Shown one piece after another: positions 1-8,826 of a DNA stretch of 64,000 bases. The position numbers were made by a program, and so were the translations under genes. The stretch's first letter is position 1. Each line of letters opens with the position of its first letter. Below the pieces are notes generated by a model. The model did not search any database, was not told the origin of the DNA, and saw only the letters and a program-made list of their open reading frames with translations. The stretch is from assembly GCA_052390235.1 (NCBI GenBank), contig JBQTHB010000003.1, positions 1-64,000 of the forward strand, read 5' to 3'. Source of the stretch: Deltaproteobacteria bacterium (GTDB lineage Bacteria > Desulfobacterota_D > UBA1144 > Nemesobacterales > CSP1-2).

Positions 1-1
1 C

Positions 2-808
2 TCAAACCGCATCTACACAATTAACACTCAAAGCGGCGCGGCGATGGCGGTCGGAGCAGGAGGCGCATTCGCCCTCACGGGAACTTCTTTCGGGTTTGAT
101 TTCAACCCCGTGCCGGACAGAATCCGCGTTACCAGCAACACCGAGCAGAACCTGAGGCTCAACCCCAATGACGGCACACTCACGATGATGGACACGGCCC
201 TTGCCTACGCCATGGGGGATGCGAACGTGGGAGCGAATCCGAACATCGCAGGGTCTGCCTATACGAACAATTTCGCTGGCGCGACGATGACTACTCTCTA
301 TGGGATTGACTCCGAGCTGGATATTCTCGCAACTCAAATCCCGCCCAACGACGGCATACTCAACACCGTAGGGGCGCTGGGCGTTGACGTATCCGAAATG
401 ATAGGGTTCGACATCGTAACCACAAACGCCAACATCGCCTTTGCCGCTCTAACCGTAGGCGGGGACTCAAGGCTCTACGTGATAAATTTGGCAAACGGCT
501 CGGCTACCCTCATCGGGAGCATAGGTGGTATTCTCGAGGGAAGCGCGGCAGGCGCGGTAACTCGAAACGGTATGGGGACGATTTTGGGACTCGCGGCGGC
601 GCTGCCAACCCCCGCGCCTACGCCTACGCCGACCCCAACTCCTGCCCCAACTCCCAGGCCCGCGCCTGAGGACGACGGCGGAAGCGGATGCTCCATCGCG
701 GGGGGTACGGCCAGCTTTGGCACAGCGGCGGCGAATTTAATTTTGGCGCTGATACCGGCGGCGTTTGCAGTCGGCGCAAGAATCCTGAGAAAGAGAATTA
801 AGAAGTAG
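2..808 (+). CDS. DUF4394-family protein with Pro/Thr linker and C-terminal Gly-Gly-Cys/TM/basic sorting signal (5'-partial)
   Basis: Frame is open from position 2 (SNRIYTIN...). FGFDFNPVPDRIRVTS..NLRLNP is typical of DUF4394. PTPAPTPTP linker, then GGSGCS, a hydrophobic helix and RKRIKK. Confidence 0.75.
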   Translation, partial: SNRIYTINTQSGAAMAVGAGGAFALTGTSFGFDFNPVPDRIRVTSNTEQNLRLNPNDGTLTMMDTALAYAMGDANVGANPNIAGSAYTNNFAGATMTTLYGIDSELDILATQIPPNDGILNTVGALGVDVSEMIGFDIVTTNANIAFAALTVGGDSRLYVINLANGSATLIGSIGGILEGSAAGAVTRNGMGTILGLAAALPTPAPTPTPTPTPAPTPRPAPEDDGGSGCSIAGGTASFGTAAANLILALIPAAFAVGARILRKRIKK

Positions 809-819
809 CCGGCAATTAC

Positions 820-857
820 TGGGGAGGGGGCGGCGCTCGTCTCCTCCCATTTTTTTC
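820..857 (+). terminator. Intrinsic terminator
   Basis: GGGGAGGGGGCG...CGTCTCCTCCC hairpin followed by a T run, just after the stop at 808. Confidence 0.6.
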
Positions 858-981
858 CGAAGCCGTCATTTTTTATGCGCGGGCTTTGGCAATTACCACC
901 CCCTCTCCCCAACACCTATTGAGATGTGATACCTATAGAAATCCCCCATCCGGCTGTCCGTGGAATTGTGGCGGGCGTAAT

Positions 982-1008
982 GTTAAGATTCGGTTAATAA
1001 GACAGTAA
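982..1008. promoter_or_regulatory. Putative Pho-box-like tandem repeats
   Basis: GTTAA at 982, GTTAA at 993 and AGTAA at 1004 give 11-bp periodicity upstream of the phoB-like gene. Confidence 0.4.
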
Positions 1009-1072
1009 ATTTGCCCCTGCCTCTTTGAGCCGTTGACGTTTGCGGATAAAATAATCCAATCAAGGAGATGGA

Positions 1073-1762
1073 ATGAGCGAAAAGGTCATAACTATAGTTG
1101 ACGACGAGCAGGATATAGTGGAACTTGTGAGCCATAGCCTCAAGAGAGAGGGGTATAAAGTCAAAGAATTCAACAACGGCAGGGATTTTCTACTCTATGT
1201 AGAATCCGTAGTTCCCGACCTTGCCGTTCTCGACATCATGCTCCCCGGAATTGACGGGCTTGAGATATGCAGAATCATAAAGGGCAAAACCCGCACATCG
1301 TCCGTCCCGATAATAATGCTGACCGCAAAAGCCGCTGAAGCCGATGTCGTCGTAGGGCTTGAACTCGGCGCTGACGACTACATGGTAAAACCCTTTAGCC
1401 CTAGGGAGCTCGTGGCAAGGGTAAAGAGCGTCATGAGGAGAGCGGCAAAAAAAGAGGAGAAAGAAAACGTCATAAGGGTCGGCAACCTCACCATTGACAC
1501 GGAAAAATATGAAGCCTCGGTTGAAGGCCAGAGAGTGGAGCTTACGACGACGGAATTTAAAATTTTAGAGGTTCTCGCTGAGGGCAGAGGGCGCGTGTTC
1601 ACAAGGGACCAGCTACTAAAGAAAAAGAGGCTCTGGGGCGACGACAAACTCGTCTATGACAGGACAATTGACGTCCACATAAAAAACCTAAGAGAGAAGC
1701 TCGGCGCGGCGGGCAATATGATAAAAACCATAAGAAGCATAGGATACAAACTAGAAGAGTAA
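1073..1762 (+). CDS. phoB: OmpR/PhoB-family response regulator
   Basis: Receiver motifs IVDDE, LDIMLPG, GADDYMVKPF; winged-helix RTIDVHIKNLREKL; AAGGAG RBS. Confidence 0.85.
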   Translation: MSEKVITIVDDEQDIVELVSHSLKREGYKVKEFNNGRDFLLYVESVVPDLAVLDIMLPGIDGLEICRIIKGKTRTSSVPIIMLTAKAAEADVVVGLELGADDYMVKPFSPRELVARVKSVMRRAAKKEEKENVIRVGNLTIDTEKYEASVEGQRVELTTTEFKILEVLAEGRGRVFTRDQLLKKKRLWGDDKLVYDRTIDVHIKNLREKLGAAGNMIKTIRSIGYKLEE

Positions 1763-1766
1763 TACC

Positions 1767-3536
1767 TTGAGAATATTCTGGAGGCAGTTTCTTTCAGGCT
1801 GTCTTATCATATCCGCAGTTCTATCGCTGTTCACAATCCTCGCAATAGGGGAAATAAAAGAATTTGACCGCGCCCTCACGCGCGAGAGGCTCGTTACCTC
1901 AGCTAATTTACTAGGCGAAATCCTCAAAACCCCCCTATTTGACAATCAAACGGCGCAAATTCAAGCCGCAGTCTCGCGCATAGGCTCCATCGAAAATATG
2001 AGAATCACCATCATCGCAGTGGACGGAGCCGTCATAGCCGAGTCCGATAAACCCGATCCCAGAGGGCTAGAAAATCACGCGCGAAGACCCGAGGTAATAG
2101 CCTCCATCGCAACCGGAATTGGAGAGTCAATACGCCACAGCAGGACTGTTGACAAAGATATGTTCTACGTTGCTCTGCCCGTGAGAGATGCAGGCGGAAG
2201 CGTCAGAGCCGTAGTGCGCACAGCCCTCCCGCTAAGCTCCATCGAGGAGGCGTTCGCCGCGATAAGGTCTAAGGTCATATACATAGCGCTCGCGCTGATG
2301 ATACTGGCTTTAGCCCTGTCCTACGCCGCATCGGAGGCCTCGGCAAAATCGCTGGAGAGGCTCATAGGGGTGTCAGAGGAGATAGCGCGGGGGGATTTCA
2401 GCGCGTCAATACCGACATCCGAATTCAAAGGAGAGATGGGAAAACTGGCGGGCGCCCTTAAAACCATGGCAGATGACTTAAAAGACCTATTTCATCAGGT
2501 GTCGCTTGAGAAGGCTCAGCTTAAAGCCGTGCTTGGAGCGATGAGCGAAGGGGTCATCGTGATTTCAGGCGAGGGGCAGATAACGCTTGTGAATCAGGCT
2601 CTGGCGGAGATGTTTGATATAAAATCCGAGCCTCTGGGCAAGGCATATTGGGAGGTGCTGCGCAACAGAGAGATAGTGGAAATCGTCGAGAGCGCGCTCC
2701 GCGGGAGAATCTGCGCCAAGAGGGAATTTTCACTCTTCTACCCCGCCGAGAAATATTACCTCGCAAACGCCATCCCGCTCGATTCGGGAGAGAGAGAGGT
2801 CATCATCGTCATATTTGACATAACCGAGTTCAAACGGCTAGAGAAGATAAAAGCTGACCTTATCGGCAACGTCTCGCATGAACTGAGAACCCCGCTCACC
2901 GCGATAAAGGGCTACGTCGAGACGCTTCAGGAAGGGGAGGAAACCAGAGACGAGAGGATGCACTTTCTGGGCATCGTCAAGCGCAATACGGACAGATTAA
3001 TCAACATCGTCGCCGACCTGCTCGTGCTATCCGAGGTTGAGAACCGCGACTCGCTGTGGCGCGAGAACCCGCGCTCGGATTTTGAAGATGTGAATTTCAG
3101 GGAAATCGTCTCATCCGCCCTTGACGCCCTCAGGAGCAAAATCAACGATAAGAATCTACTGGTCTCATCAGACGTCTCAGGGGGACTGCCCCGATTCAAT
3201 GGAAACCGTTTCCTCCTTGAGCAGATGTTTATTAATCTGATTGACAACGCCGTGAAATACACCCCTGAGGGCGGCTCAATAGGGGTATCCGTCGCTAAGC
3301 AGGTGTCCGATTTTAAAATCGAGGTTACAGATACGGGAATCGGAATCCCCAAAGAGCATCTGCCCAGAATCTTCGAGCGTTTCTACAGGGTGGACAAAAC
3401 GAGGTCAAGGAAGCAGGGCGGCACCGGGCTTGGACTGAGCATCGTAAAGCATATCTGCATGATGCACGATGGGAAAATTGCGGTGCAAAGCGAAGGGGGA
3501 CGGGGGAGCAGGTTTATTATCACTCTGCCCACGTAG
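1767..3536 (+). CDS. phoR: PhoR-like sensor histidine kinase (TM, HAMP, PAS, HisKA, HATPase)
   Basis: ENHARRPEV periplasmic motif, NVSHELRTPLTAIKGY H-box, NLIDNAVKY, FERFYRVDKTRSRKQGGTGLGL. Confidence 0.88.
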   Translation: MRIFWRQFLSGCLIISAVLSLFTILAIGEIKEFDRALTRERLVTSANLLGEILKTPLFDNQTAQIQAAVSRIGSIENMRITIIAVDGAVIAESDKPDPRGLENHARRPEVIASIATGIGESIRHSRTVDKDMFYVALPVRDAGGSVRAVVRTALPLSSIEEAFAAIRSKVIYIALALMILALALSYAASEASAKSLERLIGVSEEIARGDFSASIPTSEFKGEMGKLAGALKTMADDLKDLFHQVSLEKAQLKAVLGAMSEGVIVISGEGQITLVNQALAEMFDIKSEPLGKAYWEVLRNREIVEIVESALRGRICAKREFSLFYPAEKYYLANAIPLDSGEREVIIVIFDITEFKRLEKIKADLIGNVSHELRTPLTAIKGYVETLQEGEETRDERMHFLGIVKRNTDRLINIVADLLVLSEVENRDSLWRENPRSDFEDVNFREIVSSALDALRSKINDKNLLVSSDVSGGLPRFNGNRFLLEQMFINLIDNAVKYTPEGGSIGVSVAKQVSDFKIEVTDTGIGIPKEHLPRIFERFYRVDKTRSRKQGGTGLGLSIVKHICMMHDGKIAVQSEGGRGSRFIITLPT

Positions 3537-3632
3537 CTAGGCGCGTTGAGAGTTTTTTATGGGAATGCGCTGATGAGACCATCCCGCGCTGAGTATGTCC
3601 CGACTGAGCCCATTGCGAGCTTGCATAAAAGA

Positions 3633-3803
3633 TGTCATTTCGAGACGCTTCCCCCCTTGTCATTTCGAGCGATAGCGAGAAATCCCGAATAAGATTCCTC
3701 TCTGCGTTCGGAAGGACAGGAGTGCGGGGTTGGGAATGGCAAATTATCCCCCCATGTTGTCATTTCGAGCGATAGCCAGAGACCTTGAATATGATTCCTC
3801 TCT
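3633..3803. repeat. Cluster of REP-like palindromic repeats (TGTCATTTCGAGCGATAGC family)
   Basis: TGTCATTTCGAG at 3633, 3658 and 3758. The 3658 copy pairs with GATTCCTCTCTGCGTTCGGAAGGACA (about 3693-3718). Confidence 0.7.
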
Positions 3804-3882
3804 CGCCTCGCCCCCTTCGGATACCCTTCTTTTGATTCCGCCCCGCATCCCACGCCCAGCATCTTGAATCATGAGCCGCGCG

Positions 3883-3911
3883 TTTACAGTGTCTGTCATG
3901 AATGATATAGT
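3883..3911 (+). promoter_or_regulatory. sigma-70 promoter of dksA
   Basis: TTTACA-17 bp-TATAGT with an extended -10 TG. Confidence 0.55.
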
Positions 3912-3920
3912 CTAAAGACA

Positions 3921-4283
3921 ATGGAGCAGAAACAGCTTGAATTTTTCAAGAATCTCCTGCTTGAGCGCATGAGCCAAATCCTTGGGACGGCGGAGAAGAC
4001 CGTAACCCAGATGAGCCAGGACGACGACACATTTCCCGACCCCGTTGACCGCGCCCTCACTGAATCGAGCCGGAGCGTAGAGCTTAGAACGCGCGACAGA
4101 GAGCGCAAACTCCTCCCGAAAATCGCTAACGCTATACAGCGAATCGAAGACGGGAGCTATGGGATTTGCGAGGAGTGCGGAGGGGACATCTCCGAGAACA
4201 GGCTCAAGGTGCGCCCTGAGGCGGCTCTGTGCATCAAGTGCAAAGAGGAGCAGGAAAAAGTCGAGAGGCAGTTCGGAGGATAA
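3921..4283 (+). CDS. dksA: RNA polymerase-binding transcription factor DksA
   Basis: DPVDRA coiled-coil tip; C4 zinc finger CEEC...CIKC. Confidence 0.93.
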   Translation: MEQKQLEFFKNLLLERMSQILGTAEKTVTQMSQDDDTFPDPVDRALTESSRSVELRTRDRERKLLPKIANAIQRIEDGSYGICEECGGDISENRLKVRPEAALCIKCKEEQEKVERQFGG

Positions 4284-4370
4284 CACCCCGCCCCCACTAG
4301 GGACTCACTCCTTAGCCTTGCAGCGGGGGCGTCTTGGCAGGCGGGGGAGTTACTCAAATTTTATAGAGAG

Positions 4371-5060
4371 ATGAAAGAGCAAAGAGAGCGAATCGGCATT
4401 CTAGGCGGCACTTTCGACCCCATCCATCTGGGACACCTCAGAGCCGCCGAAGAGCTGTGCGAGATTCTCCGGCTAGATGTAGTCTATTTCACGCCCGCGC
4501 TCATCCCCCCGCACAAGGACTCATCCGATATTACCCCGCCGCAAGACCGTCTTTTGATGCTGGAAGCCGCCATCCTAGGAAACCCGCGCTTTAAAATTTC
4601 CGACGTTGAACTGCGGCGCAAGGGGGCTTCCTATACAATTGACACGCTTTCCTATTTTCGAGAGGCGATGCCGCAAGCCCGGGTTACTTTCATCATGGGA
4701 AGCGACCTGCTCTCGCAAATTGAGACTTGGAAGGACTACACCGAGCTATTTGAAATTGCCAATATCGCCGTCATCGCCAGACCGGGCCTGCCAAGGGAGG
4801 ATTTCGCCTCGATGCTCCCGCTTGCGATAAGACGGGACTTTCGCTATTATAAAGAGCGGGCGGGCGAGGTAATTTACCTGCATAAAGGCGGTATGACGCT
4901 CTCGTTCGTTGCCATCGAGGGGATAGAGCTCTCCTCGACGCGCATAAGAGAGATTGCCGGGGCGGGCAGGTCAATAAAATATCTCGTGCCGGAGCCGGTG
5001 GAGTGCTACATAGTATCAAAAAAACTGTACATAATAAAGGAGCCGTCTCAATCAGAATAA
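4371..5060 (+). CDS. nadD: Nicotinate-nucleotide adenylyltransferase
   Basis: GGTFDPIHLGH, SYTIDTL, FIMGSD and LSSTRIR motifs. Confidence 0.95.
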   Translation: MKEQRERIGILGGTFDPIHLGHLRAAEELCEILRLDVVYFTPALIPPHKDSSDITPPQDRLLMLEAAILGNPRFKISDVELRRKGASYTIDTLSYFREAMPQARVTFIMGSDLLSQIETWKDYTELFEIANIAVIARPGLPREDFASMLPLAIRRDFRYYKERAGEVIYLHKGGMTLSFVAIEGIELSSTRIREIAGAGRSIKYLVPEPVECYIVSKKLYIIKEPSQSE

Positions 5061-5428
5061 AAACCAAAGATAAAGCCTTTGCCATAGCCCTAGCCGCGCT
5101 GGAGAAAAAAGCCCAAGACCCCGTGCTTATTGAGATGAGAAGGGTTTCGAGCGTAGCGGATTACTTCCTCGTCTGTAGCGCTAACTCGGACAGGGGCGTA
5201 AAAACCATCGTTGACAACATCCACGCGAAGCTCAAAGAACTCAACCAAAGGACGGTGCGCATCGAGGGTTACAACGAAGGCAAGTGGGTTCTCATTGACG
5301 CGCTCGATGTGATTGTCCACGTATTTCACGAGCCTGCGAGGAGATTCTACGACATCGAGGGGCTTTGGGGCGATGCCGCAAGGGTGGAGTTGCCATTCGA
5401 CGGCGAGGCCCAGCGAGATTCCAATTAA
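5051..5428 (+). CDS. rsfS: Ribosome silencing factor RsfS (start uncertain: ATC 5051 or GTG 5003)
   Basis: ADYFLVCSANS, WVLIDALDVIVHVF, RRFYDIEGLW; conserved position after nadD. Confidence 0.9.
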   Translation: MRIKTKDKAFAIALAALEKKAQDPVLIEMRRVSSVADYFLVCSANSDRGVKTIVDNIHAKLKELNQRTVRIEGYNEGKWVLIDALDVIVHVFHEPARRFYDIEGLWGDAARVELPFDGEAQRDSN

Positions 5429-5461
5429 CCCCCTACGCCCGCGCCGATGGGGTGAGACATC

Positions 5462-6136
5462 ATGTGCGGAAGATACACTCTTACATCAGATGCCGACACC
5501 CTAGAGCGCAGATTCGGATTTGCCGCCGAGCAGTCCGCCGCGCCGATAACGCCGAGATTCAATATCTGCCCCGGACAGCTCGCGCCGGTCATCGCGTTGG
5601 ACGGAGCGTCGAGGGGGCTTAGACTCATGCGCTGGGGGCTCGTGCCGCACTGGGCTGGGGACGAGGGCATCGGCTATAAGATGATAAACGCGAGGGCAGA
5701 GACCATAACCGAGAAGCCGAGCTTCAGGAAACCCTTTAGAGAAAAGCGCTGTCTCGTTCTCGCCGACGGCTTCTACGAGTGGGGGCAGTCGGAGAAGAAA
5801 ATTAAAACCCCGCTTCGATTCACCCTTAAGACCAAAGAGCCGTTCGCACTCGCTGGACTTTGGGACCTGTGGCATAAACCGGACGGAGCGGCGCTCCTAA
5901 CCTTTACCATTATCACAACCGAGGCAAACGCGCTGATGCGCCCCATTCACGACAGGATGCCCGTAATCCTCGCCAAAGAGGACGAGAGCTTCTGGCTTGG
6001 CGGCTCGCCCAGAGACACAGAGCGGCTCAGGGAGATGCTCGCCCCCTATCCCTCCGAGCTGATGCATCGTTGCGAGGTCTCATCCCTAGTGAATTCGCCG
6101 AAAAACGACTCGCCCCTTTGCATCGAACCCATTTAA
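5462..6136 (+). CDS. SOS response-associated peptidase (SRAP/YedK/HMCES family), abasic-site protection
   Basis: MCGRY N-terminus, INARAET, GFYEW and IHDRMPVIL. Confidence 0.93.
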   Translation: MCGRYTLTSDADTLERRFGFAAEQSAAPITPRFNICPGQLAPVIALDGASRGLRLMRWGLVPHWAGDEGIGYKMINARAETITEKPSFRKPFREKRCLVLADGFYEWGQSEKKIKTPLRFTLKTKEPFALAGLWDLWHKPDGAALLTFTIITTEANALMRPIHDRMPVILAKEDESFWLGGSPRDTERLREMLAPYPSELMHRCEVSSLVNSPKNDSPLCIEPI

Positions 6137-6252
6137 GGGCGGACGCAGGGCGGTGATTTGAATTTCCCCCGATGCAGATTGGCGAGGGCGGGGGGGCATT
6201 GCAAAGGGAGTTTGACAACCTTTTATTTGAAGTGTATCTATACCTCCAAATC

Positions 6253-7374
6253 ATGAAAAAGGCGATTTTAGTCTTAGAAGACGGCACAGTTTTCGAGGGC
6301 AGAGGCTTCGGCAGAAACGCAGAAACCTCTGGCGAAGTGGTATTCAACACCTCTCTTACGGGGTATCAGGAGATACTCACCGACCCGTCCTACAACGGGC
6401 AGATTATCGTCATGACCTATCCCGAAATCGGCAACTACGGGGTGAACCGCGAAGATGTGGAATCGGCAAAGCCTCTGGCGAGGGGCTTAGTCGTAAAGGA
6501 ATATTGGAGGAAGCCGAGCAATTTCCGCTCTGAGGGGAGCTTGGACGCATACCTCGCAAGCTGGGGAATTGTGGGAATCGAGGGGATTGACACCAGAGAG
6601 CTAACCAGAATAATCCGCTCCCGCGGGGCGCAAAGAGGCGTCATCTCGACAACCGACCTCGACGCCAAGAGCCTATTAAAAAAAGCGCGCTCCTCGGCTT
6701 CAATGTTGGGATTAGACCTCGCAACCGAGGCGAGTTGCTCCGAGGGTTACGAGTGGGCGAGATCATCCGGCAACTGGAAGCCGCTTTACGACGCTGAATC
6801 CGGCGGCGGGCGGTTTAGAGTTACGGTCTATGATTTTGGCGTAAAACAAAACATTCTGCGGCGGCTCGTTGATGTGGGATGCGAGGTTTGTGTTGTCCCA
6901 TCCCGAACCCCTCCGGCACAGGTACTGGCGATGAACCCAGACGGAATCCTGCTCTCAAATGGGCCCGGAGACCCTGCGGCCGTCTCCTACGGCATCGAGA
7001 GCGTGAGAAATCTCATCGGGAAAAAGCCGATATTTGGAATCTGCCTTGGGCATCAAATCCTAGGACTCGCGCTCGGCGGCAAGACCTTTAAGCTCAAATT
7101 CGGACACAGGGGCGGCAATCAGCCCGTAAAAAACCTCCTGACCGAAAAAGTGGAAATCACGTCGCAGAATCACGGTTTCGCCGTTGACGCTGACTCCCTT
7201 GGGGGAGGCGCCGAGGTTACTCACATAAATCTAAACGACAACACCGTCGAGGGGCTGAGGCACAGGGATTACCCGCTTTTCTCGGTTCAATATCACCCGG
7301 AGGCATCCCCCGGCCCCCATGACTCGTCCTACCTCTTCCACGAATTCACAAGGCTCATGAAAGAGAGCAAGTAG
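6253..7374 (+). CDS. carA: Carbamoyl-phosphate synthase small subunit
   Basis: [46 protein letters not shown]; start taken at [11 protein letters not shown]. Confidence 0.96.
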   Translation: MKKAILVLEDGTVFEGRGFGRNAETSGEVVFNTSLTGYQEILTDPSYNGQIIVMTYPEIGNYGVNREDVESAKPLARGLVVKEYWRKPSNFRSEGSLDAYLASWGIVGIEGIDTRELTRIIRSRGAQRGVISTTDLDAKSLLKKARSSASMLGLDLATEASCSEGYEWARSSGNWKPLYDAESGGGRFRVTVYDFGVKQNILRRLVDVGCEVCVVPSRTPPAQVLAMNPDGILLSNGPGDPAAVSYGIESVRNLIGKKPIFGICLGHQILGLALGGKTFKLKFGHRGGNQPVKNLLTEKVEITSQNHGFAVDADSLGGGAEVTHINLNDNTVEGLRHRDYPLFSVQYHPEASPGPHDSSYLFHEFTRLMKESK

Positions 7375-7390
7375 CCCCGCGCCCTGTGCA

Positions 7391-7768
7391 TCACTTCGCA
7401 GGAGGGATGATTTTCTCCATCCGCAGGGCTTCGATTGTATTCTCCGACTTTCTATAGACTCCGCCCACGATGAGAGTATCCCCTTCGGACACATCCCATG
7501 CGTCAGGAGCGGAAACGTAGATGAAATTGCCTCTGCCATCGGCGAGGGCAAAGACTATCCCCTTTTTGCCGGACGAGGCGACTTTCACGCCCTGCGCGAC
7601 GCCCTCGACGACGACAAGCGCGCTGTCGAAAGCAAGGGGGGAGATTAGAATCCTCTGCGCGGAGGTTCTAATGCCGGCGATAGAGTCTCCGGGAATCTCC
7701 TTTTTCTTCGCTGCGGCACAGGACAAAACCAAGAGGGCGAGAATGAGCGCGGATAACAATTTTCTCAT
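7391..7768 (-). CDS. Putative lipoprotein, possibly OB-fold
   Basis: MRKLLSALILALLVLSC lipobox-like signal followed by a beta-rich body. Confidence 0.6.
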   Translation of the reverse strand: MRKLLSALILALLVLSCAAAKKKEIPGDSIAGIRTSAQRILISPLAFDSALVVVEGVAQGVKVASSGKKGIVFALADGRGNFIYVSAPDAWDVSEGDTLIVGGVYRKSENTIEALRMEKIIPPAK

Positions 7769-7931
7769 CGCGGTGGGGGTTCCTCGGCAACGTGTATTAG
7801 TACCCATTAAAATCGCATCGAGCGGCGCGGCGAATTTTTGTCTCCGCAGGCGCTAAGTTTCAATGAGAATTTATGGCATAATTAGTTTACACAACGCGCT
7901 GTCGAATAAAAACGCTTAAGGAGAGTCTCTC

Positions 7932-8216
7932 ATGAGGGAGCAGGACATAAAGCAGTTCATCGGGGTTCCAGTGGAAGCGTTCCTAATGGAGTCGAAGATG
8001 GTTCTAAGGGGAGTGTTTAAAGAAGTCGCCGAGGGAATGGTGAAGCTCTCTTCGCTTGACGACGTTTTCGTCCTCTCTCACGGCAGGAGGCTCAGCATGA
8101 AGCTCATGCTCGCTGGAAGTTTCACAGAACTCGAATTTCTGCTGAAAAATGTATCTTATCCCTGCGGCGCATTTGTCAGATGCCGGGCGATAAAGAGAAG
8201 CGAGATGATTTCATAA
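7932..8216 (+). CDS. Hypothetical protein (94 aa)
   Basis: AAGGAG RBS, ATG start, fills the intergenic gap. Confidence 0.6.
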   Translation: MREQDIKQFIGVPVEAFLMESKMVLRGVFKEVAEGMVKLSSLDDVFVLSHGRRLSMKLMLAGSFTELEFLLKNVSYPCGAFVRCRAIKRSEMIS

Positions 8217-8265
8217 TCCCCCCCTATAACACGAGAAGCCAAATATAGAGAGGAGCAATCAAAGC

Positions 8266-8763
8266 ATGGCTAACAAGGAGCATGTCGAAGCGCTGAGGCG
8301 CGGCGCCGAGACTTGGAACAATTGGAGAGCCGAGAACCCTGGAGCTAGCCCAGACCTGAGCTGGGCGACGCTCAGCGGGATGAATTTAGACGGCGTAAAT
8401 CTCGAAGGGGCGAATTTGAAACTCGCGTTCTGCAAAAAAACCCGCTTCATGGGGGCGAATTTAGCGGGGGCGAATCTCTACGGAACAAATTTCGAGGAAG
8501 CAATTCTCGAAGGGGCGAGGCTTGAGGGGGCGAACCTCGAAGGGGCGCACCTGATGCGCTCCGATATGCGCCGCGCCAATCTCGCCGGAGCAAGCCTGAA
8601 GATTGCCAATTTGGATGGGGCGAATCTCGAAGGGGCGAACATGGCAGGAGTAAAAAAACTCACCCTAGAGCAGATTTCTAAGGTCAAATCGCTTAACAGA
8701 ACAAAGCTCGACTCGACTCTTGCCGAGCAAATATCCGAGAAGTTCCCAATACTCTGTAGATAA
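8266..8763 (+). CDS. Pentapeptide repeat protein
   Basis: Tandem ANLEG/ANLAG repeats; WNNWR..NP N-terminal cap. Confidence 0.9.
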   Translation: MANKEHVEALRRGAETWNNWRAENPGASPDLSWATLSGMNLDGVNLEGANLKLAFCKKTRFMGANLAGANLYGTNFEEAILEGARLEGANLEGAHLMRSDMRRANLAGASLKIANLDGANLEGANMAGVKKLTLEQISKVKSLNRTKLDSTLAEQISEKFPILCR

Positions 8764-8826
8764 GCGATGGGCGATGCAGGACTACGACTTATGGCGTAAA
8801 TTGCTCAATTCGGTATAATTTCCCGA

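Noticed and set aside
604..666. Short tandem CCN-ACN repeats
   Set aside because: They encode the Pro/Thr linker.
3633..3803. CRISPR array
   Set aside because: Few, degenerate and partly inverted units with irregular spacing; no cas genes.
5462..6136. SRAP gene as part of a defence or mutagenesis cassette
   Set aside because: Flanked only by housekeeping genes; no umu/imu or restriction genes nearby.
8380..8650. GAAGGGGCGAAY 15-nt periodic DNA repeats
   Set aside because: Fully explained by the pentapeptide-repeat protein.
8764..8826. SAM or cobalamin riboswitch before metH
   Set aside because: Only 63 nt of intergenic sequence, with a -10 box adjacent to the ATG.
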